Under the pieces are notes generated by a model, which saw only the letters and a program-made list of their open reading frames with translations, was not told the DNA's origin and ran no database searches. A stretch of 64,000 nucleotides of DNA, taken from assembly GCA_016867725.1 (NCBI GenBank), contig VGIX01000001.1, forward strand, positions 99,575-163,574, given 5' to 3'. Source of the stretch: Candidatus Effluviviaceae Genus I sp. (GTDB lineage: Bacteria > Joyebacterota > Joyebacteria > Joyebacterales > Joyebacteraceae). Shown piece after piece: positions 34,704-44,862 of the stretch (the first letter of the stretch is position 1; each line of letters begins with the position of its first letter). The translations under genes and the position numbers were made by a program.

Positions 34704-35861
34704 TCAGCGCACTTCGACGGTCTCGCTGGGACGCCGAGAGCGCCGCCCGCCGGTATAGACCCGGTCCCGGGGCACGAGGATCGCGAGGTCGTCACGGTCC
34801 GGGATCCGGATCGCGACGCGGCGCGCGCCCGGGGCGGACTGCACCATGCCCGCGGTCACCGGAACGCGGAAGAGCCTGAGGCCTAGGAACGCCATGCCCC
34901 CCGCGGCCGCGATGGTCGCCAGGGGCAGGACCACGGGGCTCCGACCCATGAAGCGGGACACGACGACGGCCGTCGCGGTGAGCGACAGCGACATGATGTA
35001 GATGGCCAGGGCCGTCTGGCGCGAGCTCAGTCCCAGGCGCGCGAGGCGGTGCGAGCTGTGGTCGCGCCCGCCCTCGGAGAGCCTCCGCCCGTCCATGAGG
35101 CGGGACACGGTCACGAGCGTCGCGTCGAAGATCGGGTAGCCGAGCATGAGGACCGGCACGAGAAGGGACGACGCGCCCGTCCCCGCGTTCGCCACGGCGC
35201 GCAGGGACAGCCCGCCGACGACGTACCCGAGGAAGAGGCTGCCGGCGTCGCCGAGGAAGATCGAGGCCGGCGACGAGTTGTACCGCAGGAAGCCGAGCGC
35301 CCCTCCGGCCACGGAGATGGCCGCGATGGCCGTGGGCACGTGGCCGTTGCCGAGCGCCAGCGTGAAGATGCCGAACGTGGCGATCGCGGCGAGCCCCGAC
35401 GTGATGCCGTCCATGTTGTCGAGGAAGTTGAAGGCGTTCATGAGCCCGACCATCCAGAAGAGCGCGAGCCCGTAGGCCAGGGGAAGCGGCAGCGGGATGC
35501 CGTCGACCCCGCCCGACAGCAGCATCACGAGGGCGGCCGCGGACTGCCCGGCCAGCTTCGTGGCCGGCCGCATGCCGTTGGCGTCGTCGGCCAGCCCGAG
35601 CACGATGACCATGAGGCCGCCGGACATGAACCCGACGATCCTCGCGCTGTACGGGCACCGGATGAGGGCCAGCGCGGCCGAGGCGGAGGCCAGGCTCGCA
35701 AGCGCCACCGCGACGCCGCCCATGAGCGGCGTGGGGGTCGCGTGCACCTTCTGTCTGTTCGGGTAGTCGAGAAAGCGGAGGCGGGTCGCCAGGCTCCTGA
35801 CCGCCGGGGTGAGCGCGATGACGGCGAGCATGGACAGCCCGAAGGCGCAGAGGAAGACCAT
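34704..35861 (-). CDS. WecA/TagO-like undecaprenyl-phosphate GlcNAc-1-phosphate transferase
   Basis: KVH..PTPLMGG, GLADD, NAFNFLDNMDG, IFLGDAGS, GGRDHSSHRL. Confidence 0.92.
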   Translation of the reverse strand: MVFLCAFGLSMLAVIALTPAVRSLATRLRFLDYPNRQKVHATPTPLMGGVAVALASLASASAALALIRCPYSARIVGFMSGGLMVIVLGLADDANGMRPATKLAGQSAAALVMLLSGGVDGIPLPLPLAYGLALFWMVGLMNAFNFLDNMDGITSGLAAIATFGIFTLALGNGHVPTAIAAISVAGGALGFLRYNSSPASIFLGDAGSLFLGYVVGGLSLRAVANAGTGASSLLVPVLMLGYPIFDATLVTVSRLMDGRRLSEGGRDHSSHRLARLGLSSRQTALAIYIMSLSLTATAVVVSRFMGRSPVVLPLATIAAAGGMAFLGLRLFRVPVTAGMVQSAPGARRVAIRIPDRDDLAILVPRDRVYTGGRRSRRPSETVEVR

Positions 35862-35984
35862 GACAGCTCCCTGACCTACGTGTCAGATGTCGAACGGCAG
35901 TATTGTCAGGACACACACAGCTGTCAACTTCTTTCTCCGGGCCCACCCTCCAGCCGGCGGCCCCGCGGCGCTGCCGCGGCGCGC

Positions 35985-36944
35985 TCAGCTCTTGAAGTGC
36001 TCGATCACGCGCTCGAGGAGTCCGTCGAGCGAGACCCGCGGCTCGTAGCCGATCGCCGCGCGGATCTTCGCGAGATCGGGGACACGCCGCCGCATGTCCT
36101 CGAAGCCCTGCTCGTACGCCTTCTCGTAGGGGATGTACTCGATCGGGGACGCGCTTCCGGTCATCCGCTTGACCTTCGTCGCGAGTTCCTCGATCGTGAC
36201 CTCCTCGTCGCTCCCGATGTTGAAGACGTTGCCGTTCGCCGCAGGCGTCTCGACGAGCCCCAGCACGCCGCGCACGACGTCCGACACGTCGCAGAAGCAC
36301 CGCGACTGCTTGCCGTCGCCGTAGATGGTGAGCGGGTGGCCCAGCAGCGCCTGCTTCACGAATCTCGGGATGACCATCCCGTACTGCCCCGTCTGCCTAG
36401 GGCCGCACGTGTTGAAGCAGCGCACGATCACGACGGGCAGCTGCTTCTCCCGGTGGTACGCAAGCGCGAGGAACTCGTCCACCGCCTTGGAGTCGGAGTA
36501 GCTCCAGCGCGAGATGGTCGTCGCGCCGAGGATCCTGTCGTCGTTCTCCTTGCAGGGCTGCGAGTTCGCCTTCCCGTAGATCTCCGACGTGGAGAAGACG
36601 ACGGTGGTGCGCTTGCTCTCGTTCGCGTGCTTGAGGACGATCTCCGTGCCGCGGATGTTCGTCTCGAGCGACTTGAGCGGGTTCTCGATGATGTAGGCCA
36701 CGCCCACGGCGGCGGCCAGGTGAAAGACCGTGTCCACCTTCGAGGTGAACTCGCGGACGACGCGTTCGTCGAGGATCGTGTCGATCGTGTAGTGGAACCT
36801 CGGGTGGCTCTCCAGGTGTGCGATGTTCTCGTACCGCCCCGTGGAGAGGTCGTCGATGACCCACACCTCGTCGTTCCTCTCGAGGAGAGTCTCGACGAGA
36901 TGGGAACCGATGAACCCGGCGCCGCCGGTCACGAGCGCCTTCAC
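35985..36944 (-). CDS. NAD-dependent nucleotide-sugar epimerase/dehydratase/decarboxylase (extended SDR)
   Basis: TGGAGFIGSHL, STSEIYG, RWSYSDSK (YxxxK), FN..GPRQ. Confidence 0.92.
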   Translation of the reverse strand: MKALVTGGAGFIGSHLVETLLERNDEVWVIDDLSTGRYENIAHLESHPRFHYTIDTILDERVVREFTSKVDTVFHLAAAVGVAYIIENPLKSLETNIRGTEIVLKHANESKRTTVVFSTSEIYGKANSQPCKENDDRILGATTISRWSYSDSKAVDEFLALAYHREKQLPVVIVRCFNTCGPRQTGQYGMVIPRFVKQALLGHPLTIYGDGKQSRCFCDVSDVVRGVLGLVETPAANGNVFNIGSDEEVTIEELATKVKRMTGSASPIEYIPYEKAYEQGFEDMRRRVPDLAKIRAAIGYEPRVSLDGLLERVIEHFKS

Positions 36945-37366
36945 CCGAGCACCTCCACGGGGGTCGATGAGATCCGACGCCCCCGGCCTGGCCGACGGAG
37001 GCCGGAGACCGGGGAGCGACAGCGGTCCGAGTATACGCGGGCCCGCCGCGCCGAAGCAACCGGTTTTCCGTCGCCCCCATGACCCGTGAGCGCCGTTCGG
37101 TGCAAGGCCCGTGCCTCTCTTCGCGCCCGCCTCGCACCGACCGCCGGGCTCGGCCTGCTACGGCCCCTTCACACCTGGCGCGACGCCCTGTCGCAGGTGT
37201 CGCGAGTGGTCATACGACCCCGCGAACTGGAAGAGCGCCACGATGTGGTGCCACGCGCAGCCGTGCCTGTCAGCGCGCTTGACACTGCGCTCGAGAAACC
37301 CGAGTCCCTTCCGATCGAACACGCCACAGGCGCTGATCTCCCCGAGGTGCTCTCCCGCGTCGTGGC

Positions 37367-40300
37367 TCACGGTGATGACCTGTCCTTCGGTTCGATGCCT
37401 CCCATCGCCTCACGACCTTGGGCGCGGTGCTCGTCGCGGTCCCCCGTGAGTTCTTCGTAGACACCCTCCAGCTCACGGATCATCGCATCCTCCGTGAACG
37501 ACGGATCAAGGTCCTCGCGCGCTCTCCTTACCATCTCAGCACGAAGGGCGGTGTCCCGGGCGAGGAGCGCCAGCCTGTCGACCATGACGTCCACGGCCCC
37601 CTCGGGGACAAGATAGCCGTTCAGCCCGTCGTGGACGCACTCGTCGATCCCGGAGATGTCGTACGAGACAACGGGAACCCCGGTCGCGAGGGCCTGCGGG
37701 ATGACCCGCGGCAGTCCCTCCCACAGGGACGTCATGACAAGAACGTCCATGGCGCGCAGGAGATCCGGCACGTCGCCGCGAATCCCGGGAAGGAGCACAC
37801 GGTCCTTGATCCCGGCGTCCGCCACCGCCCTCTCGACCTCGGCGCGTAGCGGGCCGTCACCGACATAGAGGAAGCGCGCGTTCGCGTGGCGCTTGAGAAG
37901 GCCCTCCGCAACGCGCACGAAGTCGAGCGGGTTCTTCTGCGGCGAGAGCCTGCCGACCGAGCCGACCAGAAGCTCTCCGTCGCCCACGCCGAGACGCGCT
38001 CGCACCGAACGCCCGATCTCCCGGTCCGGCGAGAACGCGTCCATCGGGATCCCGCTCCGGACGAGGCGGTACGCCTCCGGCCGTCCGATGCCGTGCTCGA
38101 GCCCGATGCGGATCGTCCGGTTCGACACGGCCACGAGCGGCCTCGTCCATGGCTGCATGAAACGCTCCAGAAGGACATACAGCCGCCGCACGGCCGGTCG
38201 CATCCGATCGTGGAACCCCCATCCATGCACCGTGTGCACGATGTGCGGGACGCCGGCCAACCGCGCCGCCACGCGGCCCACGATGCCTGCCTTCGAGCTG
38301 TTCGTGTGGACGATGTCGAACGCCCCGCGCCTCATCTGGACGAGGAGCTCGGCCGTGACGCGCACGTCGTCCCAGGGACTCACCTCGCGCACGAGCCTCG
38401 GGAACACGCGCACGACGATGCCGCGAGACCTCGCGTCGGCGCGCAGTGATCCCTCGGGCCCTGTCTGGGGACCGATCCAGAGGTGCGACTCGAATCGCGT
38501 GGGGTCAACCCGCGCCACCGACGCGATGGTGTGCTCCTGGGCGCCCCCCACGATGAGTCGCGTGATGACGTACAGGACCCGCGTCTTGGCAGCCTGTCCC
38601 GCGGCCCGGAGGTGTGTCCCATACACGGTCGCCATGGCGGAGCCGTAGTCGGCGCGCCGCGTGAGCCAAGCGCGCCCGATGTCCACAAGCGCCAGGAAGC
38701 GCCTCGGATCGTCGCTCACCTCGAGGATCTTGCGCGCGATGTCCGCGGGCGCCGCGCTGTCGACGAAGCAGTCCTCGAGCGACGCAGGGAGCGCCTCGGC
38801 GGCCCCGCTCACCCGCCGCACGATCGGCACGCTCCCCCGCGCCAGTGCGTCAAGCACTGCGAGTCCGAGACCCTCGTGGTCCGACAGGAGAAGGACGATG
38901 TCCGCCCGGTCCAGCTCCGCGGCGACGTCATCGACCGCACCGGCAAAGCGGACCATGTGAGCGATGCCGAGGTCCCCGGCGAGCCGGCGGAGTCGCTCCC
39001 CCTCACGGCCCTCCCCGATCACGCTGCATGAGAAGGCGGCGGGCCTCACCCGTTCGAGCTCCGCGACGGCCTCGAGGAACAGGTCCACGCGCTTGACCGG
39101 ATGGAGCCGCGCGACCATCGCAAGCCGCACAGGCCTGCCTGGCACGAGCCTCTCGACCGGAGCGTCCGCGAACGGCACGGTCGGCGGGCTCTCGATGACC
39201 TCGGGGAGCGCTCCGCACCGCCCGAGGTAGGACTTCGCCTCCGCGACGGCGTCGGAGACGGCCAGGACTGCACAGGCGCGCCGAAGCACGAGCCACTCGA
39301 CGAGCCGCCCCCACCACGGGAAGGCCTCGTCCACCCCATGCTTCGTTGAGACGACGGGAGCCCGTCCGCGGAAGCCCAGGAACGCGGCGACGTCGCCCGG
39401 GAGGAGATGGGAGTGAACGAGATCGGCATCAAGAAGAGCGGCGACATCCGCCGCCACCATCCACTCCCCGGGCCTCCGCCATCCGGACATCCCGACGAGA
39501 TGGACCGGGACTCCGCGGCGCCTGAGACGCTCGCCGATCGGCCCGACGTGCGTGAGGCAGAGGATCTCGAACCTGTACGACTCGCGAGCCGGCCCCAGGA
39601 CGAGCGCCTCGATGAGCCTCTGCGAGCCGCCATACTCCATGTTCGGCGTGACCATGAGGACCGTGGGCCTGCGGTCATCGGGCGTCCGCGGCAGCTGGGC
39701 CGGAAGGTCGACGAGTCTCGACGGATGCCCCGGCTGTCCTTCCCACGGAGCGTCCCACCGGAAGCGTCCCAGCGCTCGCGAGAGCAGCCGGTAGATGGCC
39801 CCGCGCCGAGCGGAGGAGCGCCGTCGCCCCCTCGGCCCCAGGAAGGCGAGGGTCGCGTAGAGCCACGCGCGGAGCGCGGCGCGGGCGCGCCAGAGCGCCC
39901 TCACGCGGGACGCCGGCACACCCTCGCCGTCGCAGAAGTACCGGAAGTCGGAGAGAACGCGCGCCGTGAAGGCCTGCGCTTCGACCCCGGACGTTGACGC
40001 CCCTCCATCGTGCCTGAACGTCGCCGCCGGGACGACCGCCACGCGGAGGCCCTTCCGTCTGGCGCGCCGACACCACTCCACGTCCTCGCTGTAGAGGAAG
40101 AAGCCCTCATCCATCGGCCCGAGCGCGGTCAGGGTCTCGCGCCGCAGCGCCATGACGCTCCCGGACACGGCCTCGGTCTCAACCACACCGGCCGCCGTCG
40201 CGGCGCCGACAGGCGACCGGACGCCCCGACGCGGGGGCAGGAAGACGGCCTCTCGCAGGATGTCAATGGGCCGCGGAAGCGCGCGGAACGAGTTCGGATC

Positions 40301-40684
40301 CGGTCGTCCGGAGCGCGTGAGCGCCACGCCTCCGAAAAGCCCGAACCCGCGTTCGGCACGGACGGCGCGCGCAAGCGCTTCGAGAGAACCGGGCGTGGGC
40401 GCCACGTCAGCGTTCATGATGATGTACACGTCGCCACGCGCCGCTTCGAGGCCGCGGTTCACTCCGGCGGCGTAGCCGCGGTTCTCCTGCCCCCGGACGA
40501 GCCGAACGCCGGGGAGCGCCTCGGCAATGCGGTCGGGGCTCCCGTCGCCGGACGCGTTGTCCACGACGACGATCTCTGCGTCCAGGCCGTCCGCTTCGCG
40601 GACGATGGCCCGCAGCGTCTCAACGACCTTCCCACCGCCGTTGAAGTTGACGATGATGACGGAGACACCGACCGTCGCGCTCAT
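37367..40684 (-). CDS. Three-domain glycosyltransferase fusion (GT2 + GT4 + GT4)
   Basis: N-terminal VVDNAS.DGS, N.D, MDEGFFLYSEDVEWC; two GT-B modules ending HEGLGLAVLDA and WEGLPRVIPQA. Confidence 0.88.
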   Translation of the reverse strand: MSATVGVSVIIVNFNGGGKVVETLRAIVREADGLDAEIVVVDNASGDGSPDRIAEALPGVRLVRGQENRGYAAGVNRGLEAARGDVYIIMNADVAPTPGSLEALARAVRAERGFGLFGGVALTRSGRPDPNSFRALPRPIDILREAVFLPPRRGVRSPVGAATAAGVVETEAVSGSVMALRRETLTALGPMDEGFFLYSEDVEWCRRARRKGLRVAVVPAATFRHDGGASTSGVEAQAFTARVLSDFRYFCDGEGVPASRVRALWRARAALRAWLYATLAFLGPRGRRRSSARRGAIYRLLSRALGRFRWDAPWEGQPGHPSRLVDLPAQLPRTPDDRRPTVLMVTPNMEYGGSQRLIEALVLGPARESYRFEILCLTHVGPIGERLRRRGVPVHLVGMSGWRRPGEWMVAADVAALLDADLVHSHLLPGDVAAFLGFRGRAPVVSTKHGVDEAFPWWGRLVEWLVLRRACAVLAVSDAVAEAKSYLGRCGALPEVIESPPTVPFADAPVERLVPGRPVRLAMVARLHPVKRVDLFLEAVAELERVRPAAFSCSVIGEGREGERLRRLAGDLGIAHMVRFAGAVDDVAAELDRADIVLLLSDHEGLGLAVLDALARGSVPIVRRVSGAAEALPASLEDCFVDSAAPADIARKILEVSDDPRRFLALVDIGRAWLTRRADYGSAMATVYGTHLRAAGQAAKTRVLYVITRLIVGGAQEHTIASVARVDPTRFESHLWIGPQTGPEGSLRADARSRGIVVRVFPRLVREVSPWDDVRVTAELLVQMRRGAFDIVHTNSSKAGIVGRVAARLAGVPHIVHTVHGWGFHDRMRPAVRRLYVLLERFMQPWTRPLVAVSNRTIRIGLEHGIGRPEAYRLVRSGIPMDAFSPDREIGRSVRARLGVGDGELLVGSVGRLSPQKNPLDFVRVAEGLLKRHANARFLYVGDGPLRAEVERAVADAGIKDRVLLPGIRGDVPDLLRAMDVLVMTSLWEGLPRVIPQALATGVPVVSYDISGIDECVHDGLNGYLVPEGAVDVMVDRLALLARDTALRAEMVRRAREDLDPSFTEDAMIRELEGVYEELTGDRDEHRAQGREAMGGIEPKDRSSP

Positions 40685-42120
40685 GCGGCTTCGCCTCCTC
40701 CCGCGGCCGTGGCCGTGCTCGCTTCCACCGCTCCTGGACCGCCGGGCGCCAGCCGAAGCGCCTCCGCCGCAGCATAGAAGAGCCAGAGCACGGAGTTCGT
40801 GCTCACGTTGGCGGCGGGTATGAGCTGCGCCTGCGCGAAGAAGACCACCGCGCCGATCAGCAGGGCTGTTCCGACACGCGCACGGTCGGGCGAGCGCGAC
40901 CGGTCGTTTCTCAGGGCGTGCACGTTGCGGATGAACCGGACAAGCAGCGCAACGTAGAGCGAAAGGCCGACCAGCCCCAGCGCGACGGCCCTCTGGAGGA
41001 AGTAGTTCTCCGCCGTGTAGGCGACCGGGTCAGCCCGCGTGATCCGGTACTCCCCCTGCATGGCGCTCCGGATCCCCCCCCAACCGACCCCGAGAAGCGG
41101 GTGGTCGCGGATGATCATGAACGACTGCTCATAGGTCACCAGACGAGCGGCCGTCGTGGCCGCGTCCCCCTTGAGCATACGCTCGAGCTTGGCCACGAGC
41201 GGCGGGGGTGCGAGCACCGCAAGGGCGATCACGGCAGCGACAAGCGCTGCCACCAGCCGCCGGGAGCGGAGCGCCAGCACGGCGGCGACGAACGATGCCA
41301 GGACGCCCACGACCCCGCTGGCGGAGTACGTGAGGAGGTTCGCGGCCACGGCGAGCCCTGCGAGCGCGAGGAGAACTCCTCGCCTCGCCGCGCTCCGCGC
41401 GCCGGCGGCGAGGCCCAGCGAGAGCCCGAGAGCGATGGACATGTAGTGGGAGAAGTGAAGCGGGTGGTCCATCGTCGAGAAGACGCGCAGGAACGGCGTT
41501 CCCCGCAGGTCGTACGCCGTGGCCCGGTATCCCCAGGCCGGCACGGGCGCCCCGTACGGAAGGGAAGCCTGGTAGAAGCCGTAGAGCGCCGGCACCACGA
41601 GACTCGCCGCGACGGCGGCGAGCGCGCGCAGAGCATCCTCGGGGGTCCTGATGATCGACGCCGCGAGGGCGAAGACCACGAGCTGCATGACGATGCGGTA
41701 GACGGAGGCCACGCCCCAGAACACGTTGGAGGCGGTGTAGAGACCTACGAGGGAGAGCAGCATGATGGCGCCGATGACCCGAAGCGACGCGCTCTCTCTG
41801 AGAGGCCGCGCGATCCCATCCCGTCGGATCACGGCCGCGAGGAGGATGATCGCCAGGAAGTCGATCGGGTACGCCGACACCGTGCCCGCGATACTGAACG
41901 ACAGAGGCTCCTTGAGCGGCAGCGTGAGCAGAACGAGGTACCACATGCCGCGAATCGCCCCGAAGCGCCAGACGAGGAACCCCGCGACCGCCGCGCCTCC
42001 CACGACGAGCGACACGGCGAACGGCGCGAACGCGACGCCGAGCGCGATCGCCGCGATGGCGACCGCGAACACGGCCCATGGGCATCCGAGGGCCCGCCGT
42101 GCGACGCCCCGCTCGATCAC
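40681..42120 (-). CDS. O-antigen ligase / Wzy-like polymerase
   Basis: Multi-TM; RVFSTMDHP, LTYS, HPLLGVGWG, AENYFLQ; GTG start overlaps the wzx stop. Confidence 0.82.
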   Translation of the reverse strand: MIERGVARRALGCPWAVFAVAIAAIALGVAFAPFAVSLVVGGAAVAGFLVWRFGAIRGMWYLVLLTLPLKEPLSFSIAGTVSAYPIDFLAIILLAAVIRRDGIARPLRESASLRVIGAIMLLSLVGLYTASNVFWGVASVYRIVMQLVVFALAASIIRTPEDALRALAAVAASLVVPALYGFYQASLPYGAPVPAWGYRATAYDLRGTPFLRVFSTMDHPLHFSHYMSIALGLSLGLAAGARSAARRGVLLALAGLAVAANLLTYSASGVVGVLASFVAAVLALRSRRLVAALVAAVIALAVLAPPPLVAKLERMLKGDAATTAARLVTYEQSFMIIRDHPLLGVGWGGIRSAMQGEYRITRADPVAYTAENYFLQRAVALGLVGLSLYVALLVRFIRNVHALRNDRSRSPDRARVGTALLIGAVVFFAQAQLIPAANVSTNSVLWLFYAAAEALRLAPGGPGAVEASTATAAGGGEAA

Positions 42121-43586
42121 CGCTCCCCTCCGTCCCCGCGCGGACCCCGAGCGAGGTTGGCCGGCGCCAGCCACTTCGCGCACTCCGTCCGCGCGACCCC
42201 ATCGATGCCGAGCCACACGGCGGCGTAGACGGCCGCGAGGAGGACCCCGAGCGCGACAACGGCGCCGACACCGACGTCCGGCGGGAGACCTCGGGCCGCG
42301 CCGGCCGCCAGCGGCGCCACCGCCGCAGCCGCAACGAGGGGGCGCGCCACCGCGCGACCGAGTTCCCGCGCGGGAGCGCCGAGGAGGCGGAGCGCCGCCG
42401 CCCATCCCGCGATGCTCGACGCGAGCATGGCGAGCGCCATGACGAGTGCCACCCCCAGGATCCCCGCCCACCGCGCCGCCGCCCACACGCCGGCAGCCGC
42501 GAGCGCGAAGCGAAGCGCCGAGATCCTGCGGAAGACGGCCGGGCGCCCGATGCCCACGACGAGATCCTCCGAGAGCGAGGAGAACGAGTGAAACAGGCCC
42601 AGAAACGCCAGGACCGTCAGCGCGCCCCGCGCGTCGAGCCACTTCTCACCGTACGCCGCCTCAAGGAAGCGGCCTCCGAGCGAGGCCACGCCGATGACGA
42701 AGAGAGACCCCAGGGCGCAGGCGTACGACGTCGCCCGCAGGAAGAGCGCCGTGCGGTCTCCGGCCGTCGCCTTCCCCGACGCATACGACGGCAGGAGCAC
42801 CGTGTTCAGCGCACGGACGGCATAGCTTGCCGGCACGCTGGCGAGCGTGAACGCGAACGCGTAGGTGCCAAGCTCCCGTGTGCTGAGGATCTTCCCGATG
42901 GCCACCCGATCGACACCCTGGTAGAGGAAGACGAGCAAGGTCCCCCCGAGCACCACCCAACCCACGCTCAGGTCCGCCCACGCCAGTGACCGATCGAAGC
43001 GGAAGCGCGGCCGCCACGGTGACTGGATCCAGTACGCGATCATCTCCCCGGCGGCGGCGGCGGCTTCCGCCCCGGCGAGAGCCCACACGCCGGCGCCCCG
43101 AGTGGCGAGCACGAGCGCCGTGGCGGCGTAGACGGCCGATCCGGCCAGTCCGGGCGCCAACTGCTTCGAGAAGGCGAGGTCCTTCTCGAAGCGCCTCGAG
43201 GGAACCGTCTGAAGCGCGCGAAAGAGAACGACGAGCGAACACAGGCGATACGGCCCCGCGAGGTCCGTCTGACCAAACACGACGCGGAGGAGCGGCGCGG
43301 AGACCCAGGCCAACGCCAGGAAGAGCACGCCGAGCGCGAGCGACAGGATGAAGATCGTGTCGCTCGCCTCGTCGACGCGCTCACGCCGGAGAAGGAGCGC
43401 CTGACCGAGGCCGAACCCCTGGAAGAGGGTGAACCCGTTGACAACCACGAAGATGGCCGCGAACTGCCCGAATTCCTCGGGGGCAAGCATGCCGCCGAGA
43501 AGGAGGAACGAGAGGTAGCGGGCGGCCCTTGCCAGGGCCATGGTGCTCACGACCCACAGGAATCCCCGTGCCACGATGCGCTTCAT
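42117..43586 (-). CDS. Wzx-type polysaccharide flippase
   Basis: L.PEEFG, G..QAL, G.GVWAL, W.P...F, D...IGK.L....LG.Y; about 12 TMs. Confidence 0.88.
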   Translation of the reverse strand: MKRIVARGFLWVVSTMALARAARYLSFLLLGGMLAPEEFGQFAAIFVVVNGFTLFQGFGLGQALLLRRERVDEASDTIFILSLALGVLFLALAWVSAPLLRVVFGQTDLAGPYRLCSLVVLFRALQTVPSRRFEKDLAFSKQLAPGLAGSAVYAATALVLATRGAGVWALAGAEAAAAAGEMIAYWIQSPWRPRFRFDRSLAWADLSVGWVVLGGTLLVFLYQGVDRVAIGKILSTRELGTYAFAFTLASVPASYAVRALNTVLLPSYASGKATAGDRTALFLRATSYACALGSLFVIGVASLGGRFLEAAYGEKWLDARGALTVLAFLGLFHSFSSLSEDLVVGIGRPAVFRRISALRFALAAAGVWAAARWAGILGVALVMALAMLASSIAGWAAALRLLGAPARELGRAVARPLVAAAAVAPLAAGAARGLPPDVGVGAVVALGVLLAAVYAAVWLGIDGVARTECAKWLAPANLARGPRGDGGER

Positions 43587-43613
43587 CGGCGTTCCCGTGT
43601 GCGGCGACAAGGG

Positions 43614-44819
43614 CTAGCGCCCGCCGCGCATGTGGGCCAGTCGGCGGGCCGCTCGGAAGAGCGCTGCCAGCTCGGGCGCAGCGCCCGCGCTTCGCGCCTT
43701 CCACTCGTCCTCCGAGCGGAGGATGACGTCGCAGGCGAACGCGATCCCGGCCCCTGCGATCGCGGCCAGGATCACGGTGAGCGCAACGATGAGACTTCTG
43801 CGGGGCCGCGACTTCCTGATCGGAGGCACCGCCCTGTCGACGACCTGGATCGTGCGGAGGTCCTTCGCCTCCTGGATGCGGGACTCCTCGTACTGCGCCG
43901 TCAGGTACTCGTGGACCTTCTCCTTGACCAGCACGTCTCTCGTGAGCCTCGCGTACTCGACGCCGAGCTTCGGGATCTGAGAGAGGGGAAGGAAGACGGC
44001 ACCAGATGCTTCGTCGCCGGACTGCGGTGTCGCACCAGCCAGGCTCCCGATCTTCGCGTCGAGCTCGCCGATCCGCGTCTCAAGCTCCACCATGCGAACG
44101 TGGGCCGGCGCCGCATAGTCGCCGAGGATGCCGCGCTCAACCTCGAGCCTCACGCGCTCGGCCTCCAGCGTTGCCGCGGCCTCCACGCTCACGCGAGTCT
44201 GCTCGGTCAGCTCGATCACGCCATGGCGTTCCTGAAACGACTGGAGCGCCGCAGTCGTTTCCCTGAGGAGCGCGTCATTCTCGTCGCGGCACCGGCTGAT
44301 GAACTCCGTCGTCAGGCGGGCCTGTTCGATGCTCGTCGTCCTGTTGTAGGCGTCCAGAAGATCCACGAGCGCGTTCGCCATCTCGGCCGCGCGGTCCTTG
44401 CTGCGATCCTCTACCCGGACCTCGATGAGGCCCTCCGGGGTGCTGTCCACCTTCACGTGCTGCGCAAGCCGGCGGATCGCGTGCTCCCTCGTCCGCGAGC
44501 GGTACACTCGCGCGAGGTCGAATCGGTCGACCAGCTGCTCGCGCAGTCGCCTGCTCTTCAGGATGCCGATCGTGACATCGAGCGACGGCGTGTCCGACGC
44601 CAGTCCCATTCCGGCGAGGTCAATGCCCAGGCGCGACGTGATCTGTACGAGGCTTGACCGTGCCTCGGACTCCTGCGGCGGGAGGATCGTCGAGCTCGCA
44701 GCATACCACGTGGGAAGGACGAGGCTCACCGCCACCGAGACGACCACCGCCGCCAGGACCAGTCGGTAGATGAGGGTCTTCCACTCGAGGAGCACATCGA
44801 GCATCGGCTTCGAGGTCAC
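43614..44819 (-). CDS. Wzz/GumC-type polysaccharide co-polymerase (no kinase domain)
   Basis: N-terminal TM, Y.A...ILPP, coiled coil, VVD.A.PP..KS.PRR, C-terminal TM. Confidence 0.88.
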   Translation of the reverse strand: MTSKPMLDVLLEWKTLIYRLVLAAVVVSVAVSLVLPTWYAASSTILPPQESEARSSLVQITSRLGIDLAGMGLASDTPSLDVTIGILKSRRLREQLVDRFDLARVYRSRTREHAIRRLAQHVKVDSTPEGLIEVRVEDRSKDRAAEMANALVDLLDAYNRTTSIEQARLTTEFISRCRDENDALLRETTAALQSFQERHGVIELTEQTRVSVEAAATLEAERVRLEVERGILGDYAAPAHVRMVELETRIGELDAKIGSLAGATPQSGDEASGAVFLPLSQIPKLGVEYARLTRDVLVKEKVHEYLTAQYEESRIQEAKDLRTIQVVDRAVPPIRKSRPRRSLIVALTVILAAIAGAGIAFACDVILRSEDEWKARSAGAAPELAALFRAARRLAHMRGGR

Positions 44820-44862
44820 GCTTCCTGCCTTCCTCCACGCTCGGGCACGCGGCAGTGACCTG

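Noticed and set aside
37154..37167. GGCCGTAGC resembling an ops/JUMPstart element in the polysaccharide cluster
   Set aside because: It mismatches the GGCGGTAG consensus, is not in the leader of the main operon, and no RfaH/UpxY gene is in the window.
37158..37370. 70-aa ORF overlapping the GT fusion stop
   Set aside because: No recognisable motif and atypical composition; cannot be supported as a gene.
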